DNA of 63,997 bases, counting the filler, from Trypethelium eluteriae (taxonomy: Eukaryota): NCBI GenBank assembly GCA_051942245.1. It is 4 parts of 4 records of this genome, joined end to end, with 100 filler letters (N's around TTAATTAATTAA, not from the genome) between each part and the next. Parts side by side here need not be neighbours in the genome. Positions count along the whole stretch, not along the records: positions 49,321 to 63,997 come from JAVECL010000677.1; 3 more parts are not named here. One strand, given 5' to 3'. Positions 51,360-63,997 of this stretch are shown here, piece after piece. Each line of letters opens with the position of its first letter. The first letter of the stretch is position 1. The notes beneath the pieces are model-generated. The model worked only from the letters and a program-made list of their open reading frames with translations. It ran no database searches and was not told the origin of the DNA. Made by a program: the position numbers and the translations under genes.

Positions 51360-52281
51360 TCCGCTGCAATTAACAGGAGAAGCCTTTTGCCCTTTCCCTT
51401 TATGGTCCGCACGATGTAACGGCCCCGCAGCAGGGATTCGACAATTACTTGTCTGAGCTCAGTGAAGATTTTACAGGATCAGAGGGAAGAATGGCATAAC
51501 AGTGTCCACGCTTTGTAGAAGCTAAAGTTCATTGTTAATAAGGTTAAGAATTTTTTGTAAGATCTGAATGCCATCTTCAGTAGAGGTCGATGGAAAGCCG
51601 GCCTATAGATATTCCTCCCCATCGGAAACTAAGAGGACGCCAAGCAAGATGTCAAGTCACAAAATCAAAAGATTAGCCATACTCGTTTTGAAAATAACCT
51701 CGTTCGGGATACTGATACTCCGTACGGAGTTAGACTCAGGGGTGCACCTCTCAGACCCTGTCCGGGCATCATGACGATTTATCTACGTCGTTAGCGTGGC
51801 CAACGGCGAGCCCCAGACCGGCCAGGGATTGCGGGTGTCCCTTTCCTCTGTCAAAGCTAAAAGTTCGACAGGCGCCTCCAGTGGAAAGTCGATAGATACA
51901 GTATTCAAGGGCACGCAGGGGGTTCAGCGCGCCGAAGGAATGGCCTCAGCTGGGACGTGTCTCACACACGCGTTTGTCTTGACGTTGGCACGGCTGGTTT
52001 CAATTAATTGACACGACCACGACTGAGTGGATTCTCAGGGACTGGGAGAGACCCGGTTTATTCCATAAGTGGCCTAGTGCGTTAGGGTGGCTAGGCATGA
52101 CGTCTTTTTGGCTCTTACTGAGGAGCCGCCTGATTTTGGACCACACTCCAACAAGCAGTTATCCTCATAGTGCCTGTAATAATATATGGTGCCGCTCTAA
52201 TGTGGGCTCACTGCACTTCGCCCTTGCTGCCCGAACCTATTGCGCCGTGCGCGCCAGCGTCTTGCCTGCCGCTGGCACGCT

Positions 52282-55200
52282 ATGAGGAAGACGTCGCTAC
52301 CCTCACCGACTCCGAACATCAACACCAGTTCGTCTTCCGGCGACCCAGCTACCCCTAACACAACCCACTCCTACACGGCCACTTCACCGACAAGACCACA
52401 ATTGAAGCGGCAAAATCCAGACCACACTAGAACCGATGACAGCGCCTCTCCACAGTCTGATGTCGAGGCTACGAGACCCCCTTCGTTGAGCGAAGGCGAC
52501 AATAAAGATAATGACAGTTCAGCTCCAAGTCCGGCAGTCTCTGGGGGAGACAGGAGGACAAGTAGCGAGATGTCGAGCGCTCAACGATCTTCAGTAGAAA
52601 ATCCTGAGATCGAGCGACTAAGAGAAGCTGTGCGAGGCAAAATGTTGCAAGGCCAGCAAAACATGAAGAAAAGGGATCTAGCGAGCTATTCCAGTCCAAC
52701 TCTTCAAGGCACAAGGAGGGTTTCACCTATCAAGGAAGAAATGTCCAGCGCCATTTCACCATCTCTGGATGCCGCCTTTAATAGTCCCTTAACGGCCACC
52801 ACTACGAGTTCCACCGAGTCTACTGAGTCTGCGCGTACTATTCGAGGCAGTGTACCGGCTACTCCAGGTCAACAGCCTCTGCGCACCCCATCGTATCCTT
52901 TTCCATATGTCCCAGGCACTCCGCTATCATGGTCATCATCATTCCATCAGCCCTTCACGGCCCTGTCGCCGACTGTCTCAACAAGTCATACTGAAGGCGG
53001 CAGTACGCCTCGAGAAAATATCGGTTCAGACCCCAAAACTCCTGCCCCAGGTTCTTCCTTCATTCCACAGCAGGCCTCTGAATTGAAAGGTGACAACGCT
53101 CGGTTTCCATCGCCAAGTCTCTATGATCTTACTTTGGCCTTGAATGCGGAACCAGGACTTGATGCTTGGTGGAACAATGTTGCATCAACCATGAATCGCT
53201 ACTTCATGGCTGAAAGGATCACACTTTCTGTCCCGGCCGATCCAAGTGATCTCGAAAACGTTCCTTGGGGTCAAAAAGCCACGTTCGATATCCATCAGCA
53301 GGTTGCCACCCAAATACTCTACGGAAGGAGCTCTGAAGGACCTTCCTATCCAGAAAAATATGATGCTCCTCCCAGCGGGAAGAAGAAACAACTGCCAAAG
53401 ATGACAGGACAGTCTCATGAAACTCCGACAAATCCTAGCCGCCCATCGCTCAAGTCAAGACACTCGTATGCAGGGCATGAAAGGCTAAAAAAGAATTCAC
53501 CCACTCAACCCAAATCGTCTACTGGGACACGACCGGAGGGACCACAGAGAACGGCAAGCCATGCACCGTCATCAAAATCTCGCGCAGCCACTGCGAACGA
53601 GAATTGGACCTCCAACATGCAAAGAAGCCCCAGCGCAGGTTCTTCCATGGATCCTGATACTAGCAATCTTGGGGGTGAAGCTCGGACAGGCCCTGCCCTT
53701 GAAGTTTATCCTATTTTAAGAGCCCTAGATACTGAGCAAGATGCTCTGATAGACACATCTGGCGTGAATCGGATTCTTGAACGAGGTAGGCTTGTTACAC
53801 TGACTCGAGATTATGCGAGTAACGTGCAAAAATTTGGCGGTGATGGCCAGACCACTTCTGTCGAAAATACGTCTCATCCTTCCATGCTGCACGGTAAATC
53901 TCGAGGTCAAGCATCAGGTGCCGCTAGATTTTCGCAACATAATGGGAGCGGGTCGCTGAAGAGTAATCATCGCCACCTCTTTTCGAATATTGATGCGCTC
54001 GAACTCCCTCGCTCGATGGCTTATGAGGAATACGAACAATATCCAGCTTCTCCTTGGGCTCAGTCGCCTGCGCCATCACCAGCAGTACAAGCAGACCCGG
54101 ATGAAAATCCTTTCTTTGCAGCATCTGGCAATGTTGATGAAGAGTCCTTCAATCCCACCGATACGGGACAGGACTATTCAAGGTACGGTGAAGTTGAAGC
54201 TATTGGAGTGGATAGAGCGAGCACCGTGACACACGTGCCCCTAGTACATCCAATTTTATCTCAAAACACTTCCATTCGTAGTGGTCAGATGGCCCCAGAT
54301 CAACGCAAAGATCAACGGTCCCAACGATCTAAAGATACGGAATGGGCAGAGGCATCCTCAACACCTTACATGGAAAGTAAGGCACCAATTGCAATCCTGT
54401 CAATCCTTTCTCCGACCGTTCCTTATCCTCATAACCTAACACAAAGTCTGAAATTGCTTGGTCCGCATCTTGCAACCTCGTATTCAAATGCAAGCCAGTA
54501 CACGAGTATTCACAGTCTTGCTATTGAACGACGACACCGGCAGAGGCTTTCTGGGCACCACGTGGGATTTGCACCTGTTTCGACAGAAGCGATAACATTG
54601 GAAAACCTCAAATATCAGCTTGATGTTGAAGATATCCCTGAATCTATATCTGAAAGTCTCACAAGTCCATCGGATTACTCTGGGCGATCACGGCATAGCC
54701 CTGGAGGGTCGCTAACAGGAACGCCCGGCTGGGAGAATATGGGCTTTCCTAGCAACCGGTCACGACCAACGACACCACACGTCACTGGCGCCGATTACGT
54801 GGATAGCTATTTTGATTCAAAGAAGAAACTCATGCATGGTCGCTCTGAGAGTGTGACTGGGACGACATCCGGCCAATTGCCCCTTCGATCTCCGGGTCGT
54901 CCAAACATGTCCTCACCACGATTTGGAGAGCAATTCCTCTTAAGTAAACCAGGTGCATCTTCCCATGATGATGATACGCCGACCCCGAGAAGCGATGAGA
55001 AGAATAGAATGCGGCGAATATCCCACGAAAAGTCAATTCTGGTGCCTCATCCGTCAAGAGAAGGCGATTTGGGACGTCAGTCGGAAACAACTTCTCCCCG
55101 AAAAGTTCAGGAGCCAGCTACAGCGAATTCAGCCTCTGACCAAACAACTCGCCGTCCACACTCATTGCTTCACTCATATGGCGCTGACTTCGCTACATCT

Positions 55201-58200
55201 TTCCAGAATTTGCCAGCTGCCACGACAAACCCGCGTACTCCGAATCCATCTCATAGCAGGAGCGGGTCCATGACTGATGATCCTGATATGCCGCCTCCGT
55301 CTGAACGATTGTTACGGACGATCATAGATGCCCTTCCAGTTCAGATTTTTACAGCTGCCCCAGGTTCGGGTGTCCTTACCTGGGTCAACACTAAATTTTT
55401 GGTGTACAGGGGCCAAGACCCGAGGGAGGTGCTGGAAAAACCTTGGGACGCTATTCATCCTGAAGACAAAGACGAATACATGAATGCGTGGCAGAAATCT
55501 TTGAGCACCGGACAACAGTTCCAACACAAGATACGGCTCCAAAGATTTGATGGAAGTTATCGGTGGTTCTATGCACGCGCTGCACCTTTGAAAGACAAAC
55601 GCCAGAATATTGTGCACTGGATAGGGACGAATATGGATTTCCATGAACAGCACATAGCTGAGTTAAATTCTGCACGGCAACAAGAAACCGCCGCATCCGA
55701 GGCTAAATACCGGGCGCTTGCCAATTCTAGTCCACAGATTGTTTTCGCCGTTACTCGTTCCAAAGGAGTGATCTTCTGCAATACACAATGGGTCAACTAT
55801 TCTGGCCAGTCAGAGGCGAATGCGTTGGGTCTAGGTTTCATGGAAATGGTTCATCCCGATGATATTGTCAAGTGCAAGTTGCCGACATTCGATGAAAGCG
55901 GTCTAAACGCAACCAATGTACCGACTTCGATGCCTCCAGAACCACGACGTACGCGATCGTCATTATCGTCATCAGACTCTTCTTCAGAAACTGAGAGGCA
56001 GCTTTCCAGCCCGTCTGCACAGTCGCCAATGGTGAATTTCCCGCCCCCGCAGATAAAATTGTCACGCCTAGCAAGCACCGGATTTCTACATGCATCAAAA
56101 GATTCTGATGGTCGACCTTCGTATTCTACCGAAGTGCGGTTGCGCTCAAGAGATGGTGACTATCGTTGGCATCTCGTGCGCATCATTCAAGCCGAGCCAA
56201 TTGCCCAAACAGAAGCGAATGAAGAGACTTGGTACGGCACTTGTACTGATATAAATGCACACAAGGCTTTGGAGCATGACATGAAAGAGTCGATGGATGC
56301 GAAGACTCGTTTTCTTAGCAATATGTCTCATGAAATTCGGACACCTCTGAATGGCATCACGGGCATGGTCAATTTCCTAATTGATAGTCGCTTAACAGCT
56401 GAACAAATGGAGCATGTGAGCATCATCAAGTCTAGTACTGAAGGCCTTCGAGACCTGATCAATGATATCCTGGACCTCTCAAAAGCGGAGGCTGGTGCTA
56501 TCAAACTTGTCATGGATTGGATTCATATCAGATCGCTCATTGAAGAGGTCAACGATCTTACCTCCGCTCTGGCCATTGACAAAGGATTGGAACTCAACTA
56601 CTTGGTTGAAGAAGACGTTCCTTACATGGTTAAGGGCGATAGATTCCGTTTACGGCAGGTTCTGCTCAACGTCGTTGGAAATGCAATCAAGTTCACAGAG
56701 AGAGGCGAGATCTTCGTGCGCTGCGAGGTCTACAAGGAGGAAGCAAGTTCGCTTCAGTCTGACCAAACTTTACTTCTTTTTGAAGTTATTGATACTGGTA
56801 GTGGTTTCACACCAAAAGAAGCCGAGGCTTTATTCAAGCGTTTCAGTCAGATTGATGGCAGTAGTACTAGGCAGCATGGCGGTACGGGACTGGGACTCGT
56901 CATTTCCAAACAATTGGTCAATTTGCATGGTGGCGAAATGACGGCGAAAGGAGAACCGGGCAAAGGCTCTACGTTTACCTTTTCCATCAAATTCGCAACG
57001 CCTACAGAAGATGACAAGCCGCCGAGCACGCCTTTTTCACCAAGCACGGTAGCAACTCCGTTGCGAACACCCAATCCGCTTCCGTTTCGAGGTCCTACAA
57101 TATCACCGCCACTCCAGAGTCCGAGGGGTGTGCCAGATGTTTCAGCCCGATCCAAAATCAAGACTGAGTCTCCGGTATCTCTTTCCCCGGCAACTGATGG
57201 GCATGAATCATCCTCTATGTCTTCTGGGAGTTCAGATCCTTCCATTCGAACGCAGTCGACGAGCTTGCGATCTGAACGATCTTCAGTCTCATCTATAGTC
57301 CCGGTAGAGCCTTCGAAAAAGCCTCAATCTCCTATCAAATTAGAGCTTCCTTCGGACCCACATCGATCGAACTTGCCTCGTTCACTTTCTTCCGAGTCTG
57401 GCGAATCTGCGGAAACTGCAAGGCCAGGATCATCACTAACTCCCAGAGTGGTCTCACCTACGCCTCCTGTATATTCAATTCTCGTTGTTTGCCCACTGGT
57501 TCACAGCCAAACAGCGACAGTCCGTCATATTCAGATGACGTTGCCCAAAAATATTCCTCACGCGATCACAGCCCGTAATTCGTTCTTAGATTATAGAGAG
57601 ATGGGCGACGGCCCCGATCCACCGACGTTTTCACACATTGTCCTTGTTCTCAAAGAAAGTAATGAAGTAATGTCTTTTATGGAGATGATTTTCGGTACCG
57701 GTGCCAATTCCACAACGTCACTGGTCATCATCTGCGATCTAGCGCAGAAGCGGGAGATCGTGCAGCAGGAGCAGCGTTACGATTTCGAGCAGTTGACTAA
57801 AGAGCGTCGCTTACGCTTCATCTTCAAACCGCTCAAGCCATCGAAGTTTGCCGTCATCTTCGATCCGCAGAAAGAGAGGGAAGTCAGCACCGATCGCAAC
57901 CAAGACTCAGCGCAGCAGGTTGCCGACAAGCTTGCTGTCGTTAACGCTGAGATGATGGGCAGGCTGGGGAACAAAGGGCATCGGGTGTTGCTTGTGGAAG
58001 ACAACCACATCAATCAGATGGTTGTTCCACTCCATCCTCGCAGCCACATCGAACACATCCATCGCTAATCAAGTAAATAGGTCCTGATCAAGCTCTTCAA
58101 AAAATGCAAGATCACATGCGAGACCGTGTTTGACGGCGTCCAGTGCACTGAGAAAGTCTTCAGCAAACCCCACAACTTCTATACCATCATTCTGGTAAGC

Positions 58201-58552
58201 TAGTCCTCGCCCTCCCAAATCACGACTGGGTTGCTAATGATTTGCTCCTCTCCCTCAGTGCGACCTCCACATGCCCAACAAAGATGGCTACCAAACCTGT
58301 CGCGAGATCCGACGCTGGGAGCGACAGCAATCTCACTCTCCTCTTCCGATCATTGCGCTCTCAGCCAACGTCCTTGGCGACGTCTATGCCAAGTGCGCAG
58401 AAGTTGGCTTCAATGCTTATGTAACGAAACCGGTCGAGTTTGAGCAGCTAAAGACTATCATGGTGGACATGCTGGATCCGGAGGATAAGTCGAGGCCGTT
58501 ACCGTTTATGAAGATCGGAAAACACCGCAAGGGAGAGCGAGAGAGGCGCTGA
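52282..58552 (+). CDS. Hybrid sensor histidine kinase (2x PAS/PAC, HisKA, HATPase, receiver), resembling fungal group V/HHK2 type
   Basis: IHPEDK/VHPDD PAS repeats, FLSNMSHEIRTPLNG, LRQVLLNVVGNAIKFT, DTGSG, GGTGLGL, VLLVEDN and spliced IIL|CDLHMPNKDG...KP; introns 58021-58080 and ~58194-58258. Confidence 0.95.
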
Positions 58553-59392
58553 AGCCGGATGCATGGGATGCGCGAAGGTTGCCTCTTGTACACTATTCTA
58601 TGACCATCCAGTCTCTTTTCCTTGTTAATTAGGGTCTAGGGAGTTTGCTTTTTCGTTCTGATAACTCGTTTTTAACATAGCACAGCGCGGCGCCATACGT
58701 CAGGAGCAGGGACAATTGTTCACGATTGATAGCTATGGATCCACTCACTCAGCGACTTTCTCTTTTTCAGTTTCAAGGACCATTCCGCATTATCCTGGTA
58801 GCGGGCGCTTTGATCTCTAAGTGAGCAAGCGGGCAAAATTTTTAGCGAGTGAACTTTCTCTCTCTTGAGCATTTGTATTAGTGGCATTAGCGAAGGTTAC
58901 AAAGAGTGGCCGATGGATATTGTTGGTGTTCGATGGAGATGAAAGGATGGAGCGTGGGCGTCTAATGTCACTTACTAACGCTACATTTTATGGAAAACAA
59001 CTTCAGATTGAGGTAGGTGAAGGCGGTTAATGATGATGTTGAGGACAGATGTAGCTGTACGATACAATAGGCTTCTGTGTGTCCGTACCAAACGATTTTA
59101 CATTATAATCCAGGTTGCGATTGGTCACTTCCATGGCATGAGGAACAAGTGCAGTGTGGAGGTAGAATACGTTAAATTTATCATTAGCCAAAAGCTATCT
59201 CCACCTTTTTCCCATCGCCTTGAATCCACACTTACGCCGTAGATGCCGCCTCGCTAGAGATCCTTTCCGTAGGCGCCTCGGTGCAATTAAGCATACACTA
59301 GTAAGGATAGAGCCGGAAACCCATTACAATCGTAACCATCGTCAGTTTCATTCATGAAGATTCATCAATCATATCGACATCCGTGCAATCTT

Positions 59393-60822
59393 TCAATCAG
59401 TCTCCTTCCCCTTCTTGAACAAACTCCAGAATCCCCTCCGCCGGCCTGGATCGGGCACCGGCGGCGCCGGCACCCATCCCCATAGCGCAGCCTCCTTGTT
59501 CATGCGATCCATGGCCTCAAAGTCGTACGGCTCCGACCACTTGTGCATAGGGATCTCTCCAAGTTTTGTGCTGTCGGTGGCGATGGAGTAGGCGACAGAG
59601 GTACGGCTGGGGTCAAGGCGAGGAAGGGAGTGGTGTGGTGGGGGTGCCCGTGGTCTTCGCATGGGGATTTCTTGTACGGAAAAGTTTGCCTGCGGGTTAG
59701 AGGCAGGATGACGAGAAGGCAGATCGCTGAAGCAAGCAGAGCCTTGAGGGAGGAGGGGAGAGGTAGTTGGGGCGCGGATGGCCATTTCAGGCTGGCTACT
59801 GCGCTGATCGCGGACGTTAGGAGTCTGTCTTGCTTGGGATGGAAGCGGCTTCCGTCGAGGCCTAGTGGGCTGTTGTTTGGCATTCTGGTCTGCGATGGGA
59901 TCGGAGACGTATCGTGGAGGAGGGGTGCTTTGTCTTGATCCGAGGTATGGAGTGGAAACCGGAGAGGAGGAAGGTGTCGTCAGTGCAGTGGACTGACTTG
60001 ACTTGGAGCTTGCAGAGACAGCGGAGCTTCCGGAACCTCCAGAAGAACCTGAAATACTCCGTTTCGCAGGGCGTTGCCTGACAAAGGCGTACTGTGGCAC
60101 TTTCAACCCACGGACGGCAACTTTGCTAACCGTCGTGCTGCTGGGGGGTGCCTTAGCGCCGGGCCGAGGAGAGGACGCAGGTTTCCGTGCCTTATCATTG
60201 TTCTTGCCAGGCGGTGAAGAAGGTTTATTGCTAGGTTTTGTCTTTCTTGAATTGCCCTCGTTGGATGACCCTCGCACTGGAATAGGTCGGATCGCCTGTG
60301 AAGAAGATAGACGTTGATACAGTTGATTCAGCGCATCAACTGCTTCTCTACGGGACTCGTCGGATAATTTGATCAGCGGGCTGAAATCACATCGCGATTT
60401 GCTCTTTGGGTTGGCCAGAAAAGTAGAGACGATCTCAACTAAGCCGCTATTGAGCTTCAATAGGGTTCCCGCAAGAGCTGCCTGTGCAACAACTATTGGA
60501 AGCAAATTAGCCAAGTCCCTACACGTCTAGAGGTGATATCGGTGTAAGAACTACCATCGCCATCCGCGAAGCGATTTGAAAATGTGTTGTAGCCTCGCTC
60601 ATAGTGGTTGTGAATTTCTGCCGGCGACTTTCTTAACGTTTTACTCAACTGGAGCTCGTCGGATGAGTCCGGTCGACGCCGCCGCCCTCGGTCCTGGGCG
60701 CGGAATTTCTTCAGTACATCGAGTCCAGAGGCGAACGCTGCGATGATACCGAAGACGGTTGATTGAGTGCCCTGAGTGACTGGCTGTTGACGCGCCGGAC
60801 CGGTCGAGACGTACGGTGCCAT
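59393..60822 (-). CDS. Conserved-type hypothetical fungal protein
   Basis: Two exons (intron ~60493-60553): IIAAFASGLDVLKK...FADGD|AIASNS..LLKLNSGLVEIV...AVDALNQLYQRLS; C-terminal SIATDSTKLGEIPMHKW. Confidence 0.75.
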
Positions 60823-61222
60823 CTTCTCTCTCTATCCAGGACGCGGTGGCTCGCTCCTCGCAAGCAGCCCATGAGGGGCCTGCGACCACTTTATCGGCCA
60901 GAATCTTTGGTCCAGGTGCATGTTTACCCTCGTCCGTCTCCGCCATCTGGCTTAGAGCTTGGTGTCTGAACGGTGGCACGGCATTCCCGCTAATGCTGCC
61001 GTGAAAACCACTTTGGCACGGTTGATTGGCTCAAGGCAAAGTCTGCCCTGGTTTTCCTGCATCCTAGACGTGCATCCACCATCTGCTCACAACCTACCAC
61101 GCACCGGCAAGCGTCGAACCCTGAAGCAATAGAGGCCAAATACGTCCTTTTCTCGGCCGATCACTGCCATGGCGAACCCTCACAGCCGTTGTTCACACCA
61201 CCCGCACAATTCCATCTCGTTG

Positions 61223-61332
61223 CATACCTTACCGCGGCACCGCCTTGACATGGGCCAACATGGTCATAACAGTTAAACTGAGATAACATTGTGTTAACTA
61301 CCAGTTGAGGAACCCCCCAGCCGCGGTAAGGT
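61223..61332. mobile_element. Internally deleted, inverted second copy of the 51171 foldback element
   Basis: Retains cataccttaccgcggc, then jumps to the loop and one complete arm ending cagccgcggtaagg. Confidence 0.85.
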
Positions 61333-61633
61333 GACCACCAGTACTACCCCGAGATATGCATCTATATGTATGACCGGCAATCCGGGGGATGTGCGTCGAC
61401 CACGCCTCGTTGCCCTATTGGCGTGCAATTATGCCTCGCAGCTTATCACCCATCGGAACATTCCACGGAGTTCTTCTCTATGTGCCACGATTTCTCTGTT
61501 GAGGCTAGGACTCCTATCGAGACCGTATTCCTTCCACCATGAACCGAACATCGTCGCTTGCAGCGGCGACTCCTATCTCATCCCAAACTTCCCCATTGGT
61601 GGGTTCTACGCTGAACCTGCAGCTCTACGCAGA

Positions 61634-63258
61634 TCAGACAAATCCAAGCAATCGACCTCCAAAGCTCGCGGCCCCAAGGAAGCTCGTGATGCCTGTGAAA
61701 ACTACGAGACCTCCATATGAACTGCCGTACGCTCCAATCGCCGTCCCTTTCCACGGCGCTGCTCGAATCAACGCGGAACTAAGAGGACCACTGACGACAG
61801 CTCCAATTCCCTTCGCAGCTATCAGCAAAGACATGACGCTGCCTGTCTCTACGGTCCTTCCACGACTTCTGAGAGCGTTGGCACAACCAGACCACTGTCT
61901 CGAGTTTTAAGCTTTCTCTTCAGAAAATGGTGAGGAATCGTCGAACTTACGGTTGTGCTGAAACTCCCCGCAAAAGTACCATAAAGGATAGCGAAGACGT
62001 AGAGGATAGGCTCTGAGACTGCAAATCCCCAAACGAGCAGGACGGCCAAGGCGCCACCTATGCCACATATGGCGGTCACCGTTGTTACGTGGAATCTGTC
62101 AATAAGCAAGCCAGCCAGAATACCTCCAATCGCTGCTGCGGCGTTAAAAAATGAGATGGCAAGGGTTCCGCTTAAGCCCGAAAATCCTTCTGCAGCTGCA
62201 TATGATGACATATAGATGCCCGGCAACGAGTAACCCAAATTGAGGGAGAAATTACCCGCTTGCAGAAACCAGAAGGCCGGACTGGCCACAAAGCTAAAGT
62301 CATTGCGTCGTGGACCACTGCTACCTGCGATTGGAAGCCTTCCCTTGATGAAAAACAGACACGGAATGGACGCCACGGCCTAGTCGAGCACACGATGAGG
62401 ATTAGCATGCTCGTTCTTTGCGAGCCCTCGAAAACAGCTCACCGTGACAACTCCCCATACTTGCAGCGCAGTTCGATGACCATAGTTGTCGAGGAGCCAT
62501 CCAGTGATAAATGGGATTGCTACTCCAGAAGCTCCTGTGCCGGCCCACATCGTCCCGAAAGCTAGACCCTTACGTCGAACAAACCACTCATCGAGAAAGA
62601 GGACGGCTGGATCTAAGTGCCATGACCGAGATTAGTTGCATCCGTGGTAAGTCCAGGTTGGGGTTAAACATACAGTAGAAGACTGCTCCTCCTATAGCGA
62701 ACCTGAACTGTATTTAGCGCATTTATTGAAAATTCACTCGCAGGGTACCAAAATGGGAGGCGATAACTTACAGTACACCTTGCGTCAGGAGGAGCTGCAA
62801 AGTCGACTTGGCGAACGAAGCGGCAACGAGAGACAGGACCATGATTGCAAGACCAGCCACAGAGGAAGTGCGACGATACCGAGGCCATCTTTGGAGAATA
62901 GATAAAAGGAGGGGAGACACCAAATACATGATTCCAGTCGCGGTTGTTGCAATTGCAGCAATACCAGACGGATCTTCTGAGAAGGGTTTATGTGTGGAAT
63001 AATACCTCTCAAAAACACCGAATGAATACGGGAAACCCCACCTAGGAAGACATTAAGTTTGCGCAGCAGAGAATTGTTGTGGATGCTCATATACACTATT
63101 GCTTCCGCAACGAAAGCGGCCAGCAGAAATGCCCATGCCCGTCTTCCTCCGTCTGCTCTTGGAAGAGAAAACTCCGGTCTCGCGTCAGGATTGTCATCAG
63201 GAAACCTCTCGCCGGCAAGGGAGTTTAGCTCGAAGTCCAAATCGTGGCGCTCTCCCAT
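61634..63258 (-). CDS. MFS monocarboxylate-transporter-like protein (Mch family)
   Basis: FSLPRADGGRRAWAFL, WGFPYSFGVF, FLDEWFVRRKGLAFG, FFIKGRLP, LIDRFHVT, GAYGSSYGGLVVFTG; several introns. Confidence 0.9.
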
Positions 63259-63659
63259 TGTGTGAACTCGTTTTAGTTGCTCTGCTTGGACGGTCGTCAA
63301 AGAAGCAGATTGCCTACAGGTCGGTACAAAGCCTTATGAGCAGTACCGAAATGAGTCACAAAATTCAACGAAATGCCCCGCATCAGGAAACTCATGAGGG
63401 ACAGACTTCCAGACCACTAATGCAGTCAGCAAATAGATTAGTGTGATAGTTTCTGCGCTACTTTCGCTTGGGTACCAGATAGCAGGGAGTTAAGGCATGG
63501 AAAGACACACAAATGGGAATTATCCCACAAAACAAAGGTATGAACAGGAAGCCGTACATGAAGCATAATCGCTTTCGATTCCATATGTATTACACAGTTG
63601 ATCAAAGAACGTGCCATTATTCGATTACTGTCGCTTTATTCACCATTCGTTACCCAAAT

Positions 63660-63997
63660 TTACTCTTGATTGAGAATCAGGTATTTTTTTCGCGAACCCT
63701 TTCCCATATCTTCATACGCATCAACGGCTTGCTCTAGCGAGACCTTCGTCAACTTCTCTTCACCAAGTACTCGTAGCTTGCCCTGCTCAAATAATGGCAC
63801 CAACTCCTTCAAACTCTGCGCTCCCTCCTCCAGCGTCATCATCAACGAATTAATCCCAATAATACTCAACCCCTTCCGATAAAATGACGTCAAATGAAAG
63901 CTAAACTCATCACTCTCCCCCCTCGGCGCCGAAATAAAGCTCAACCTGCCACGCAACGCCAACACCCCCAACGCCGCCTCCTGCAACGCCACATCCC
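63660..63997 (-). CDS. C-terminal part of an MDR-family (zinc-binding dehydrogenase/quinone reductase-like) oxidoreductase; 5' end outside the window
   Basis: LALRGRLSFISAP, FYRKGLSIIGINSL, LFEQGKL, VSLEQAVDAY. Confidence 0.75.
   Translation of the reverse strand, partial: DVALQEAALGVLALRGRLSFISAPRGESDEFSFHLTSFYRKGLSIIGINSLMMTLEEGAQSLKELVPLFEQGKLRVLGEEKLTKVSLEQAVDAYEDMGKGSRKKYLILNQE

Overview
Fungal genomic DNA from a filamentous ascomycete (Pezizomycotina-type genes with short GT-AG introns and CTRAY branch sites). Three artificial 100-bp spacers (N44-TTAATTAATTAA-N44) interrupt it, so adjacency across them is not guaranteed. The left ~11 kb looks accessory: a RIP-damaged pogo/Fot1 transposase, a cutinase, an uncharacterised multi-TM protein, a foldback repeat and a patatin phospholipase. 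The rest is mostly ordinary genes: MTG2 GTPase, SDR, DUF1752/DUF3295 protein, CCCH+CHY zinc-finger protein, acyl-CoA dehydrogenase, Artemis-like nuclease, Gig2-like oxygenase, GFA-like protein, APC permease, bZIP, Whi5/Nrm1-like fragment, hybrid histidine kinase, MFS and MDR. Best leads: (1) an Artemis-like nuclease that appears to carry an internal RRM domain beyond a single in-frame TAG; (2) an unannotated spliced unit at ~31.9-32.3 kb with a structured, snoRNA-like intron; (3) a two-copy foldback/MITE family with a compensatory base change; (4) a patatin plus membrane protein pair flanking a long inverted repeat; (5) an 8-nt microexon, three GC-AG introns and recurrent C-to-G skew flips. 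All family calls come from motif recognition by eye; no database search was run.
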